NCBI RefSeq assembly: GCF_009834535.1
Contig: NC_045696.1
Location: 39,806,001-39,870,000 of the forward strand
From: Camelus ferus
Lineage: Eukaryota
Direction: 5' to 3'
Length of the DNA stretch: 64,000 nt
Shown here: positions 11,876 through 23,702 of the stretch, in pieces
Layout: every line of letters begins with the position of its first letter
Position numbering within the stretch: position 1 is the first letter of the stretch
The notes under the pieces: generated by a model
Seen by the model: the letters and a program-made list of their open reading frames with translations, nothing else
Told to the model about the DNA's origin: nothing
The model's database searches: none
Translations under genes and position numbers: made by a program

Positions 11876-12423
11876 ACTACTTATCTTCAATTTAGAAAGT
11901 TGCAAAAGGGCTCAAGGACAATAAAAGACTAGAATCAGATAATTCTGAGAGCGTTCTCTAGAGCCCAGACAATGCAGTTTTCCAGGGAAGCAAAAAATTT
12001 TTCCTACAAGAGAAAATAATTTTCTGCTTGAAGCTCTTCCCTTTATCAGTTTTCTTAGAAAACAGGCAAATTTCCAGGCTCACTCTGCAACCCATAGGTG
12101 TCCATGCCAGATTCTTCTTGTTACTTCTCTCACACAGGATATGGTGAACCTGGGTATGAATTTGCATAGTACACATGGGAGATAGTCCATAGTTAGAGGT
12201 TTTTTTTCCCCCCAATGAAGTTGTATTTAACCATGTGAAATATCTAATTTTTTCTAGTTCCTTAGCATTCATTCTATTCAGTTAGCAAATATTTACCAAT
12301 CACCCATTTACCTGGTGTCAGCTCTAAGAAAACAGATCTAGATCAGACAAGGTCTCTGTTCTCAAGGAACTGGAATACAACAGATATGAATTTGATTTCA
12401 GAAACTCAGAGGCACGATAAATA

Positions 12424-12905
12424 TGTGAACGAAAATTACTGCAAACCATACCAGTAAACCAAGAATGCTGGAACCATCAAGTCATCAGCGGCTGCCGCCA
12501 CCCCCCAGTGAAGACAAGCCTGCAGCCCAGCCTCTGCAGCCACTCACAATGGTGCACCCTGAGGGGACTCAGAATAAGAAAGGACAGGATACTGGCCCTA
12601 GATAGCTAGGTGCTTGTCAAAGGAATGAATTCAATGAGCCCAAATGTTTGCTTCCTCCCATACATAGAAAAGTGCTAAATTCTTTAACTTAAGATGCCTG
12701 GTTTTCTTTAAGTTAACAAGTAATCTATTAATGTTCCAACTACCTAGTCTTTGTTGTAAAGCTCCTATATATCCTAGCTCCTCTCCTACTTTCGGAGCAG
12801 TCCCTCAGAGCCATCTGAGGCTGTCATCTTGGGCTGAGTCCTCAGAATTGTCCACCGAATAAAACAACTCTCAACTTTTAGGTTGTGCAGTTATTTCAGT
12901 CAACA
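12424..12905 (+). mobile_element. Solo LTR, ERV1-type
   Basis: TGTGAACGAAAAT...ATTTCAGTCAACA ends, 4-bp TSD AATA, CCTATATAT TATA box, AATAAA at 12858-12863. Confidence 0.9.
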
Positions 12906-13459
12906 AATATCAACACATTTTATTTTCTTTAAATCAAAGGTATTCTGAATCTGAGACCCAGACGCCTGCTTGGCAAATCATTTCATCTCAATCATTATCC
13001 AGCTTCCATGGGGTCATGTGAAGGTCCCAGCAGTTATAAAAAAGCAACATATTTGTGGGGGTTTTCTGTGGTCTTTGGTCCCATAGGGGGAAATTCTGCC
13101 CACTTGTAATTTAGTAGGCATTCTGGCTACCTCATCCATGCAGGCTGTTCCTGCTTTTGGTTGTCTTTGACTGGGTTATCTTACATCTCCATAGAGACAG
13201 ACGTTAACTTGTAGAGCACTAGTAATATTGCAAATGTTTCCTGTGTGCAGCCAAGCAAATGATTCTGGTTCAGAGCAATGCAAGTGAATCTTGTCAGATA
13301 GAGAATATAAATCTCTGAAAGTCCAATTTCCATTTGAACTGGTTTTTATATATCTTACTGATTCCCTCATTAATTATTGAGTTAAATAAAATCCTTAATG
13401 TATTCATTTTGGATTTGTGTGAGAGTCATGATTTTATCCTCTTTTAAAATGTATAGTCT

Positions 13460-14105
13460 TGTTAGAGCAGGCAGATAGCTAGATATGAGCAGAGAAAGGG
13501 GGACACAGACCAAATGGCAGGAATTAGGCAGAAAGGAGGGGCACAGGCCAAATGCAGGAAACCACACATCATGTGAGCAGCAGGGATCCTTGGGCAGAGA
13601 AAGAAAAGCTGGAATCTTTGGGCTGATAAGGGGCCACACCTTTTGACTTGGAGACCAACAAAGAAAGGTCAGAAAAGGCAGGAATTTCCAGTGTCCGAAT
13701 GTAACCTTTTACTCATTATGCCCTCATTTCAATAAAATTAGCCTTGCAGATCAGAAGTACCCATCATGCACCGACGCCATGACACTTCCGATCCAGACTA
13801 AATAAGGACAAAAATCCCTCCTCCCTTTGGGAAGGTGGAGTTGGGATGATAATCAGGGAATACGACCCCAAACCCTTCCCTCCCCAGTGAATATTCCGCC
13901 CATTCATTTTTACACCCTATGTAACTAACTTGCCAAAGAAACTCAGGGCAGCTGCTCACCTGAGCCTGCCCGCTCTCCCCTGAGAGTGTACTGTCCATCC
14001 TTTAATGTAATCCTCACTTTACCTTTTTAACCTCTAAGTCTTGTCTCTGAATTCTTTCTGGGACGGGACAAGAACCTGGAACACCAGTTGCACCTATCGG
14101 CGCCA
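13460..14105 (+). mobile_element. Solo LTR, ERV1 (MER50/MER41-related)
   Basis: Start TGTTAGAGCAGGCAGATAGCTAGATATGAGCAG resembles the MER50 start. 3' part TGAATTCTTTCTG...ACAAGAACC, CA end, 4-bp TSD GTCT. Confidence 0.88.
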
Positions 14106-14108
14106 GTC

Positions 14109-14635
14109 TGTCAACCAAAAAAATAATGATGGAGGCTGCAAATAAGAAAAGAGTTTATTTAGAGTTCTAAGAATTGCAATTCAGAAACAGAAAGTAACCT
14201 TTAAAAATTGTACAAAATAAAAAAAAAAGAATTGCAATTCTAGAGACACAGATTCAGGTAAACTCCAAAGTGTGCTCTTAGGAAGAGAAAGAGTCGGAGG
14301 CTTATAAAGACAAAAAGCCATGAGGTTCTTTGTTAGAAGTTGCCTGGTGAGGACTGTGATTCGTTCTGGCATGACTCAGAAAATATTTGTCCTTAAGGAA
14401 TCACAGGTTGTTTTAGTGTAGGGTTCTGATATGTACAGTGTGATGAATTATTTTAGAGTAAGGTTCTGGTAAGTATCTTGAGTTTCTGGCAGGTGTTCTG
14501 GATAACTTCATCAATAAGAAGGTCAGATTCCATCCAGGCCAAGACATGCTAGGTCACACCTCCTTAACGGCCTCCTGGCTCCATTTTAGAGAGTTCTTTT
14601 AGCAACACCGACACCATTTTGATTTTCCTTTCACA
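14109..14635 (-). mobile_element. Solo LTR, ERV1-type
   Basis: Minus strand reads TGTGAAAGGAAAATCAAAATGG...TTGACA. Minus-strand TATA-like box near 14305 and AATAAA at 14154-14159. 4-bp TSD AGTC. Confidence 0.85.
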
Positions 14636-14730
14636 AGTCTCATGAATATGATTCTACTGAAGCACACATGTCATCTGAAGTGGTTTCCAGCTTCAGTAAG
14701 GATGATATCCTTGCCAGGGACCTGCAGTTT

Positions 14731-14800
14731 TAGGGCTGCTGTGCTGTTGTGCAGGTTTTGCACTACTCAACTCTAGGAGGTGCCATTCACACAGACCAAC
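14731..14800 (+). mobile_element. MER91A-like fragment (hAT-Tip100)
   Basis: AGGGCTGC...GTTGTGCAGGTTTTGCACTACTCAACTCTAGGAGGTGCCATTCACACAGAC. Confidence 0.7.
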
Positions 14801-14944
14801 CAGGAGTAAAATTTTCATAGGCCACAGGTCTCTGTCATTAACTACTCAACACTACAGTTGTAACTGCAGCTGGAGGCATTCCCCTCACAAATTTTATTTA
14901 TAAAAACAGGCCTTGGCCCACGGGCTGCAGTTTGCCAACTCCTG
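14801..14944 (+). mobile_element. MER58A-like (hAT-Charlie), internally deleted
   Basis: GGCCA..GGTCTCTGTC...AACTACTCAAC...TTTATTTATAAAAACAGGC..TTGGCCCACGGGCTGCAGTTTGCCAACTCCTG. Confidence 0.8.
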
Positions 14945-15546
14945 ACAGATGCCATGTTAGCATGTCGGCAGCCCCCTTGGAAAGCTCTAAGAGGAGGAGA
15001 AGTAGGGCCTCATCGTGTACCTTTCTTTCCCCTGTTCTCCTACTCACTCCTCAAAAGGCGCTTGGTTTTTTTCTCTCATAATCCTCCAGAATAATTTTCT
15101 CGAAAAGGCTAGTCTTTTGAAAATGAAAGACAGGAGGCAAATTATCAGGAAATTTCACTTTGGTCCCATAATGTCCTTGAATCAAAGTACCAGAAGACTG
15201 GCTACCTTGATAGAAAAAAAAAGAAGAAAAATACAAGATCAAAACACAGATTGAGATCTCAGTAAGCTATCCTGTCACCGAGATAAGACCTGCATTTTTC
15301 TATAATTATTACTTTAAAAATTTTCTTGTTCTTGTGAAACACTGTATGGTTTTCAAAGCACTTTTCACACGTACACAGATACAGAAAGCAAACAGGAAGA
15401 GACAAGTCAGTGGTGTCCTAGTCAGTGTTTATCGACCAGCAAAAGACTTTAGCTAGGTCAGAAAAAGCCATATGGCTTCAGCCTACTGCTTCTGGGATGC
15501 TTGCTCAGAAAGAAACCAGCTATTCTACAGGAAATCTGGCTACCCT

Positions 15547-16187
15547 TGAGACAGGAAGGGGGCAGGGAACAGTCATTCAAGGAATAACACAGCAATTAAC
15601 ACCAGAATGACAAAAGATTCAAGCCCAGTAGGCCTTGAGGCTCAAGATGATGGGAGGTTTAACTTCTAGTAGATCTTAAGCTTCATTATATGCTTATTGT
15701 ACTATGTTAGCATGATGAATAACAAGCCTACAGGTGCCATGACAGTCCCAAGGCTAGCCACAAAAGGTCAAAGAGTGGGAAATGGCCGACTTCCTGGGAA
15801 TCCCAGCCCCTTCCCCAGGCTACTTAGACTGGTCCTTCCACTTATTAACATATAAAGCCACTGAGGCCATAAAAACTTGCAACATGGCAGGCACCTCGTG
15901 GCCACCGCCCCCTCTCTCTCCCTCTTCGGAGACGGCATATACTCTGTCTATGGAGTGTGTACCTACTTTTACTCTAATCTGAGGACCCAACCCCCACACC
16001 TCGTGGCCTTTCTTCTTATCTTTTGAAACAGCGTATGCTCTATGCAGCATGTATCTCTCTAAATAAACCTACCTTTACTCAACTGTGGCTAGCTCTTGAA
16101 TTCTTTCCTGCACAAAGCCAAGAACCCACACTTGGTGGGGCATGTCCCAGGGGCTCAACCAAAGCCTGGGACACGGCCCTCCTCACA
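15547..16187 (+). mobile_element. Solo LTR, MER41-like (cetartiodactyl ERV1)
   Basis: TG...CA ends. MER41-type blocks GCCATGACAGT, CCATAAAAA and TTGAATTCTTTCCTG...CCAAGAACCC. AATAAA at 16062-16067. TSD is degenerate. Confidence 0.88.
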
Positions 16188-16935
16188 CCTCATGCTGTTG
16201 TTTTGTTGTTTTATACCACCAAATTTTTTTGGTGTGTGTAATTGTCATTAACTTTTATTTCATGGGACACTCACGTATGTGTGCCAACTACATCTCAATT
16301 TTTTCAGAATTAAATAAGGGAATGGTGTTAGCCCTGAATGTTTTCTTAGAGGTAATGGTTAATCCAGAGGTTATTATTATGCACATGAATATAAATCACC
16401 AAAGGATGAGATCAATATTGTTTTTATCTACTGAACAGCTAAGAGTTGGACTGCACCAAGTTAAGGATGCAGTATACCATCAGTCTTACCCAAGCAAAGC
16501 TTCCATCTCAGTGCCCTCTGAGGTCTAGAATATACATTAACCATAATGACCTTGGAAGTCAAATATTTACCCAATTTTGTAAAGAAATTAGTATTATACC
16601 TAGTCCCAGTTGATGTGACAATGTGTGGCCTCTTAAGTTTATTTTTGTTTTTAATAAGGATTTGATGCTGCATCTAACCTTCTTCTGATCCTATTTATAC
16701 CACCAGTTTTTAGGTTAGTTTGTTATACAGCAATAGGAACTGTGTTAGGAAGAAAACAAGAGTGTCTGAAGAGTTGCTGTACACAGAGAGTGAAGGAGAG
16801 AGTCAAATAAGATTCTACACACTGAGTTTTGTGGAAATAGTTTCATCATCTTGGTGAACAGGAAAGCGAATTGAAGAATTAAAATGTAGGTGAGAATATG
16901 AAGCAGATGATCTTGAGTGCATTACATTTGGAATG

Positions 16936-17492
16936 TGTCTTAGTTCAGGCTTCTATAACAGAATACCACAGAGTGAGTGGCTCAAACAACAGAAATGTAT
17001 TTCTCATTAGTTCTAGAGGTGGGAAATTTAAGATCAAGGTTCTGGCAGTTCCAGTGTCTGTATCCTTCCTGTTTGCAGTTGGCCATCTTCTCCATCTTCA
17101 TATGTCAGAGAGCAGAGGGCCAGAGGGCAAGCTCCTGTGTCTCTTCTGATCAGAGCACTGTGAAGCTGTGAGTTCTAGTAAGATGCATTTGGTCTTCTTC
17201 CCTGTTCCTAGAGAAGAGCTCCCACAGCCCCAGTAATTTCCTTAGTGATAGAGCAATGAAGGTGTCTTTTGTTATTCAAAACAAGCCCCTTCCAACCACA
17301 CCTGAATTTTGTTAAAGAGGTGGTTTTTGGAAAGCCCCTAAGTTTGGGGACTGGTTCCCAGGAAAGCCAATCATGTGATTTCCCCTTATGACCCATTCAG
17401 CTCCCCAAGGCCTCCACTTCCTGATACCATCACTTGGGGGTTAAACTTTAACATGCGGATTGTAGGGAGACAGAAACATTCAGTTCATAACA
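16936..17492 (-). mobile_element. MLT1A-type MaLR LTR, interrupted by a MER21 fragment
   Basis: TGTCTTAGTTCAGGCT.CTATAACA.AATACCACAGA...AAACAACAGAAAT...ATACCATCAC.TTGGGGGTTA...AACATTCAG..CATAACA. 5-bp TSD GAATG/GGATG. Confidence 0.88.
17159..17380 (+). mobile_element. MER21-family ERVL LTR, 5' fragment
   Basis: ATTTGGTCTTC..CCCTGTTCCT...AGAGCTCC...AGTGATA...GTGTCTTTTGTTATTCA.AACAAGCCCCTT.CAACCACACCTGA. Confidence 0.75.
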
Positions 17493-18059
17493 GGATGTGT
17501 TGAAAATAGTGAATACATTCACAAAAGGATGGGTGCAAGAATATTTATAGTACCTTTACCAGGTTATTCCCAAACTAGACACGACCCAAATGCCTACCAA
17601 TAGGAACATGTCTGAATATCCATATTATTAAAGAAATAGTTTTCTTTAATAATAAAATAAACAGTGTTCATGTAATATCCTTTCTTTGTTTAATATTAAT
17701 TTTATTTATTTTTTTTAGAAAAAATACATGAATGAAAAATGGAACATTTGGGAATCAACAGACTTTTAAAAAAATTAAAAGCCACTTACAACGTATTTGT
17801 ATTGCACTCCTTTTCAAAAAGAAGAGATTGTTCCTGAGGAACACAGAGCTTGGGAGGTGAGAAAGTGACTCTTAAGAGACGATCTTTCACTTAAACGAGT
17901 AGGTTATTGATTGGCACCCAGTGGACCAGGTTTTATTTAAAGACTTTTGATTATTTAAATGTACATTCTGACCTGTTGTTTTATTTGTAACATGGATACT
18001 CTAACCACACGGACAGAATCGCTACATTTCTCACAATTTCGTTTAAAAATTTCAACAAC

Positions 18060-18930
18060 TAAGACATTTTTTAAAGTGCTACACTTTAAAGAAGTACTAC
18101 ACATAATGACAAAAAATTCAAATACTTCAAAAGAGTATTTTAGGACAAAAGTAAGTTGTCCTCCCATTTCAGACCCTTTTTCTCCCTTTCCGTAGGCATC
18201 CACTGTCAAGTTTCTCGTGGCTTTTTCCATAAATACTCTGTGCTAATGCAAGCACATGTAGGTGTATGTACAGACATGTACATGTTCAATTTTTTACCGA
18301 GATGTACCTGAGAGAGACTGATCCTTTTAGACCTACTCTGGTCTTTTCACGGTGGCATAGCTTTCTAGCATATGACTGTGCCAATATGTTATACTATATC
18401 CTGTATGTATATTATTCTATATATGAGTATATATTTAACATGTTTTTATTAATGAACATTTAGCTTATTTTCAAATTTTTAAAAAATTACAACTGCAATT
18501 AGCATGTGTGTGCATATACATATTTCATACATACATAAAAGTATTTATGTCAGTGTATGTATATGAGAGTTTATCTGTAGCATAAACTTCTGAAAATGGA
18601 AGGGCTAGGTCAAAGAGTATACGAATTTTGTATTTTAAAAGATAATAGCAAATTGCCCCCAGGGAGATTTATCCGCTTCACTCCCATTGCCTATTTTCTC
18701 ATGTCTTTACCAATAGTTGTTATCGAATTTTTTTTCTACCACTCTCATTGGTGACATATTGTATCGTTGCTTTAATTTGCATTTTCTTAATTATTCGCTT
18801 TAGTGCTTTTAATATATTTTTGGCCAGTTATATTTCCCTTTCCCTGAACTTACCAATTTCCTTGTTTTTAGTAGATTTTCATGGCTCTTTGCCCATTAGG
18901 GACTACTAAGTATGAGGCATTCAGTTGCAA
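18060..18930 (-). mobile_element. Old LINE-1 (L1ME-type) fragment
   Basis: ATGAACATTTAGCTTATTTTCAA, CTAGGTCAAAGAGTATA, GCAAATTGCCC and TTTAATTTGCATTT motifs of antisense L1M. Confidence 0.7.
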
Positions 18931-20299
18931 ATCAGTAGCCTGGCCAGGAGAGGAGTGTGGGCCTCTGGAAGGCAAAATTTTGTCATCTCTGCACATGGGG
19001 ACAAGAGAATGAAGAGAGTGACCATAAAGTCAGAGGTCTTGTCCCAGTGATTCTAAAGGGATCAGGAAATAGGCTTTCTCATTCTGAAATGAGCCTCTAT
19101 TGGTAAATAATTATGAAAAACATAACCTGCTCAGGAGTAATAATTAAGTGGTGTATATTTTATTTAAAGGACAGTGGAACAATGACACAGAGCATTCCTG
19201 GATTTACAGTAAAACACTGGCTCTGGCTCCTAAAGTCGTGAGTTAGTTGGTCTGTGCCTTAGGACTTGTCTTAGCCTCAGGGATTTGCTTCTTTCACTCC
19301 ATTTCTAGAACAGATCAGCAGAGATGGAGTGTTTAAACATTCAGGTACATTTTGGAGCTTAAAATCAAACAGTATATTTACTTCTGTTACAGACATGCTC
19401 CACCAGGGAGAACTATTTTCCCAGGTTGGGATCATCGTTCCTAGATCTGCAGAGAACCCCAGAGACCAAAGATTTGATTTTTCTCTTACTAGGGCGTCAA
19501 AGGCAGGACTTGGTGGCTTTTGCTCAAATAAAGACAAAGGGCTGAGAAGCTGAGCTACTAATAACCCTTACAGAAGTCAGCAAGTATGCATGTGTCGCCC
19601 AAGGAACACAGTGAGGTTATGAACTGCATTCTCCCCTCGTCACAAGTGGCCAGGCCCTGCAGTCCAGCAACAGAAGATACACTTCTTTTCTCTGTGACTG
19701 CAGCTGCTACTGTCATTCCGCCCCGACCTCAGGTAGCTGAGTTTCCCGCAAAGCCATGGTGCAGGACCAAGCATGACCAGAGATGCAAGTTATGCTCTCA
19801 GTCTCCAAATGCTATCTTCTATCGCCTTACTTCAGAGGCTTAGAAGAAATTATAATTTATAGGCCACTTGCTAGATGAGTTCAGAGACTGAAATGTCAGC
19901 CAGTAACTGAGTCACAGGCCACTGGCTGCCAGACACTTATAATCCACTATCCGATGGAGGTTTTGTTCTTAATAGAGGCCTCGTATTTTCAAAGATATGA
20001 GGTCAGTTTCCACATAAAATCTACCACTGATACTCATGTTGCTATCTGTTTTTATCTGGATATTGAATAAGTGGGAAGTGCTCTAATTAAAAATTGTGCA
20101 GCCTATCTAAAAATATAGGAATGATCAGCAAATAGATTGTATGAGATGATGGAGCAGAGAGGTCCTTAAGACAGGAAGGGGTGGGTGATACGGGAAGTCT
20201 TACCCAGTGCTATGTACTCAGTGTAGGGTATCTGCTGACCTAGGAGGAGACACCTGAGATTTTTGCTGCATTTCTGTATCAGCAAAAATTCAAGTTGAC

Positions 20300-20980
20300 A
20301 TGGTGCATATGGTTGTACCTCTAGGGATGGATTCAAGTTATGCATCGGTAGCAGGAATGCTGCAGAAGTGATGCAGTTTTCTCATAAACCCTATTAGGTG
20401 GCACACATCTTCAACTTACTGCATTAAATGATGTTTACTTGGATCACTTGCCCAAAGTCGTATCTGCCATGCTTCTCCACTGTAATATTACACTCTTCCC
20501 CCTTGGAATTAAAAATATTTTGTGGGAAGGTACTTTAAATATATATAAATATCTCTTTCCTCATCACTTTCAATGTCCTCATTTATTTATTTGTATCCAA
20601 TTTAGTTTTCTTATTTAGTTTAATGGTAATAACCTGTTGTTATCATCATGGATTTTGATAACTCAAATTCTCCTAGAGTTAGCCAGTGGGCATCCCTTCA
20701 AGCTAGCTCCTTCATCCCTTTGACAAGACCCATTACTCTTTGAGTACTTCTTGAGTTTCTATCACAAGATGTTCTAAGTTCATTTTGTATTTTCTCTTCC
20801 TTCTCCAACCTGATGTCAGTCATTTTGTCAAAGTGCCATTTTGCCAATGAAAAATTATGCTTAAATACCTTGATCTTAGTACTAGGTGTGCTCACTGATT
20901 TGGGATGTTGCTGTTCACAGTTCCTTTCAGTGGTCACACACAAACATATATACCTTTACACATTTACTTCTCTATATTCT
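20300..20980 (-). mobile_element. Old LINE-1 3' region (L1MC4/5-like)
   Basis: GATTCAAGTTATGCAT...CAGAAGTGATG...GATCACTTG...TTCTCCACTGTAA...TTTTGTGGGAAGGTACTTT. Confidence 0.7.
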
Positions 20981-20992
20981 AAAAATCAACTT

Positions 20993-21145
20993 TATTTTTG
21001 TTTTTACTTATTTGTTTTTGTTTTGGGGGGAAGTAATTAGGCTTATTTATTTATTTATTTATTTTGATGAAGGTATCAGGGATTGAACCCAGGACCTCAT
21101 GCATGCTAAGCATGTGCTCTAACACTGAGCTATCCCCTCCCTCAC
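20993..21145 (-). mobile_element. tRNA-derived SINE (camelid Vic-1 type)
   Basis: Minus strand GGGAGGGGATAGCTCAGTGTTAGAGCACATGCTTAGCATGCATGAGGTCCTGGGTTCAATCCC, then (AAAT)n, a C-run and an A-tail. 12-bp TSD AAAAATCAACTT (20981-20992, 21146-21157). Confidence 0.92.
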
Positions 21146-21157
21146 AAAAATCAACTT

Positions 21158-21480
21158 CTTTTAAGTTTAATGTACATACAATAAAATACCCACATGTCAA
21201 GTATATAGTTAAAAGAGTTTTGACAAGTGTACAAAACCTTGTAACTATGTCCCCAGTCAAGATACGGTATATGTCCATCACCCCAGAAAGCTCCCCTGTG
21301 CTCCTTTGCAGTCACTTTTTTTTTCTTATATGGTTGGTGATTTTTGTGTCTTGAAAAAGAAATCTTTGCTCAACTGAAGGTCACAAAAATTTTACTTCTA
21401 TGTATTTCTCTAGGTGTTTTATAGTTTTAGCTTTTAGGTATATTTTTATGATCCATTTTGAGTTTATTTGTGTGCCAACA
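21158..21480 (-). mobile_element. LINE-1 (L1M) fragments
   Basis: ACATACAATAAAAT...GAGTTTTGACAA...TCCATCACCCCAGAAAG..CCCCTGTG and TTTATAGTTTTAGCTTTTA...ATGATCCATTTTGAGTT. Confidence 0.7.
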
Positions 21481-21989
21481 AAGAGGACAATTAAATTGTA
21501 TCACACATTTAAACTTCCAGAAAAGTGCTAATAAATATATTGGATTAAGGAAGATTCCTTCCTCCTTTGTAAACCAGGAGAAAGTAACTTTGGAATTAGG
21601 TGATGGTTGGGCTTCCTTAGTCTTCCAGTAAAAATGTTTTGGGCAAATGTACATAGAAATCAAATCTTTGGGTGTTCCAAATTTTGATTTTAGTGCAAAA
21701 AACCAAATAAGTAAAAACATACTTAGTGCCAAACCAGATTGATTTTATTTTTTAAATTGCCTTTTCAGAGACTTTATAGCCCAGAAGAGAATATTAACCG
21801 CACTGGCCCATCAGCATCTAAAGTCAAGGGAATAATTTTCTCCACTGAATAACTTTTTCTAATTTTTATGGGGAGGCAAACTTGTTTTCCCTCTCTCCTT
21901 CAGTTTGACATTTTAATGCTGGATATTAGCCAGGTTGTCTTTCATACCCACAAAAGCTCTTCTCAGGACTGTTTCTATATATCATGAAC

Positions 21990-22607
21990 CAGAGTTTCTC
22001 AACCTTGCCACTACTGGCATTTGGGGCTGGATAATTGTATTAATTAATTAGGGCTGTCATAAAAAACACCACACACTGTGGTCTTAAACAACAGGAATGT
22101 ATTTCTTCATAGTTCTGGAGGCTGGAAGTCCAAGATCGAGGTATTGGCAGGTTTGGTTTCTTCTGAGGCCACCCTCCTTGTCTTGCATATGGTTGCAGTC
22201 ATGCTGGGTCCTCGCAGGGTCTTTCCTCAGTGTGAGCACATCCCTGGGGTCTCTCTGTATGTCCAGGTTTCCTCTTTTTATAAGCATGCCAGTCAGAATA
22301 GGGCCCATGCTCGTGACCTTTTTTTAACTTAATCATGCCTCTAAAGGCCCTGTCTCCAAATACAGTCACATTTTGAGGTGATGGGGGTTTGGGCTTCAGC
22401 CTATCAATCTTAGGGTACATGATTCAGCCCACACCAATAATTCTTCGTTGTGAGAGCTGTGTTGTGCTTTGTAGGACATTTAGCAGCATCCCAGACCTTT
22501 ACTCATTAGATGCCAGTAGCATCTCTCCAGCTGTGACAACCAGAAATGTCTCCAGACATTGCCCAATGTCCCCTGAGGGACAAAATCGCTCTTGGTTGAG
22601 CGCTAGT
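21990..22607 (-). mobile_element. MER20, split by MLT1B
   Basis: CAGAGTTTCTCAACCTT...GGGGCTGGATAAT resumes after the insert as ATAATTCTT.GTTGTG...GATGCCAGTAGCA...TGTCTCCAGACATTGCC.AATGTCCCCTG...GGTTGAG. Confidence 0.9.
22036..22436 (-). mobile_element. MLT1B MaLR solo LTR
   Basis: TGTATTA...AGTTCTGGAGGCTGGAAGTCCAAGATC.AGGT...GTCTCCAAATACAGTCACATT...ATTCAGCCCACACCA. Perfect 5-bp TSD ATAAT. Confidence 0.92.
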
Positions 22608-22987
22608 AATTTAAAGGAACTTAAAGATATTTTGCATTTTGTTTCCTTTCTGCCCCACAGGATTTACCACTATTAAATAAAATCACTCAGTAGTTGAGAT
22701 AATTTTGAACCCAGATATTACTTGAACTTGCATCGAAAAACCACCCCCTCACAACCTAAACATTTAAAAAGTTTAAGTGAATTTGGGAACATAAATTACT
22801 GTGTACTTATTAGATACCATATGTTATCTCTCTAGTTTTCCACCAATCCATTCATCCACTATCCATCATGGTTTTCAATTATAATCCAACCACACAGGAT
22901 TTTATTCTAGTTTTCTCTCTTTCCGTATTTGTACTGCTCTTTTTTTGACAGTGAGAAACCTCCCTTTATAAATGTGGAGTCATCTGC

Positions 22988-23097
<110 letters not shown>

Positions 23098-23104
23098 CAG
23101 CTCC

Positions 23105-23605
23105 CCTAGATGTATCCAATCTCTCATTGACACTGTCACCACTGAGGTCCCATTCCTGATGTGCATATCCTCTTTGCTCTGCTGGGCTCGAGTACCTCTG
23201 GGCTGCTCTCCTGCATAGATACCCTTCAGACACTGCTCACATTGTACGCCCTGAGTTAAGGTACCTCTACATGTATGTCCTCCTCACTCTGCTTGGTGAT
23301 AACCTGAGCTGAGCTGCCCCCTCAGCTGGGTGACTTCCTCTTCCTGCTTGGGTTCTGATACCTCATGCTGGGCCACCCTTGCATGAATACTCTCTTTACT
23401 TCTCCCAAACTATGACAATCTGCATTAAGCAGGCTTCTTAACTGCCACGTGGGATCTGATCTCCTACATCAGCCTCACCCTACTTGGGCTCTGATCGTTC
23501 CTGCTGGCCTGTTACCATGTGTGAATGACCGTTTTGCCCTCAAAGACTGGGCCACTCTGCTCCCTACCTTCTTGCATGGATATCTACTTTGCTCAGCGCT
23601 CCCTA
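23105..23605. repeat. Degenerate tandem array, period about 55 bp
   Basis: Recurring (GC/GT)ATG(G/A)AT...CCTC..CAC.CTGCTTGGG.TCTGA units near 23160, 23212, 23270, 23325, 23381, 23447, 23520 and 23574. Confidence 0.6.
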
Positions 23606-23639
23606 ATGGCTTTGGACTGATTTTTTTTTTTTTTTTTCT

Positions 23640-23702
23640 GGAAAGGAAAGGAACGGAAAGGAAAGGAAAGGAAAGGAAAGGAAAGGAAAGGAAAGGAAAG
23701 GA
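23640..23702 (+). repeat. (GGAAA)n pentanucleotide microsatellite following a poly(T) run
   Basis: Directly visible. Confidence 0.97.

Noticed and set aside
23105..23605. CRISPR-like periodicity
   Set aside because: Mammalian context, whole units are degenerate, no unique spacers and no cas genes.
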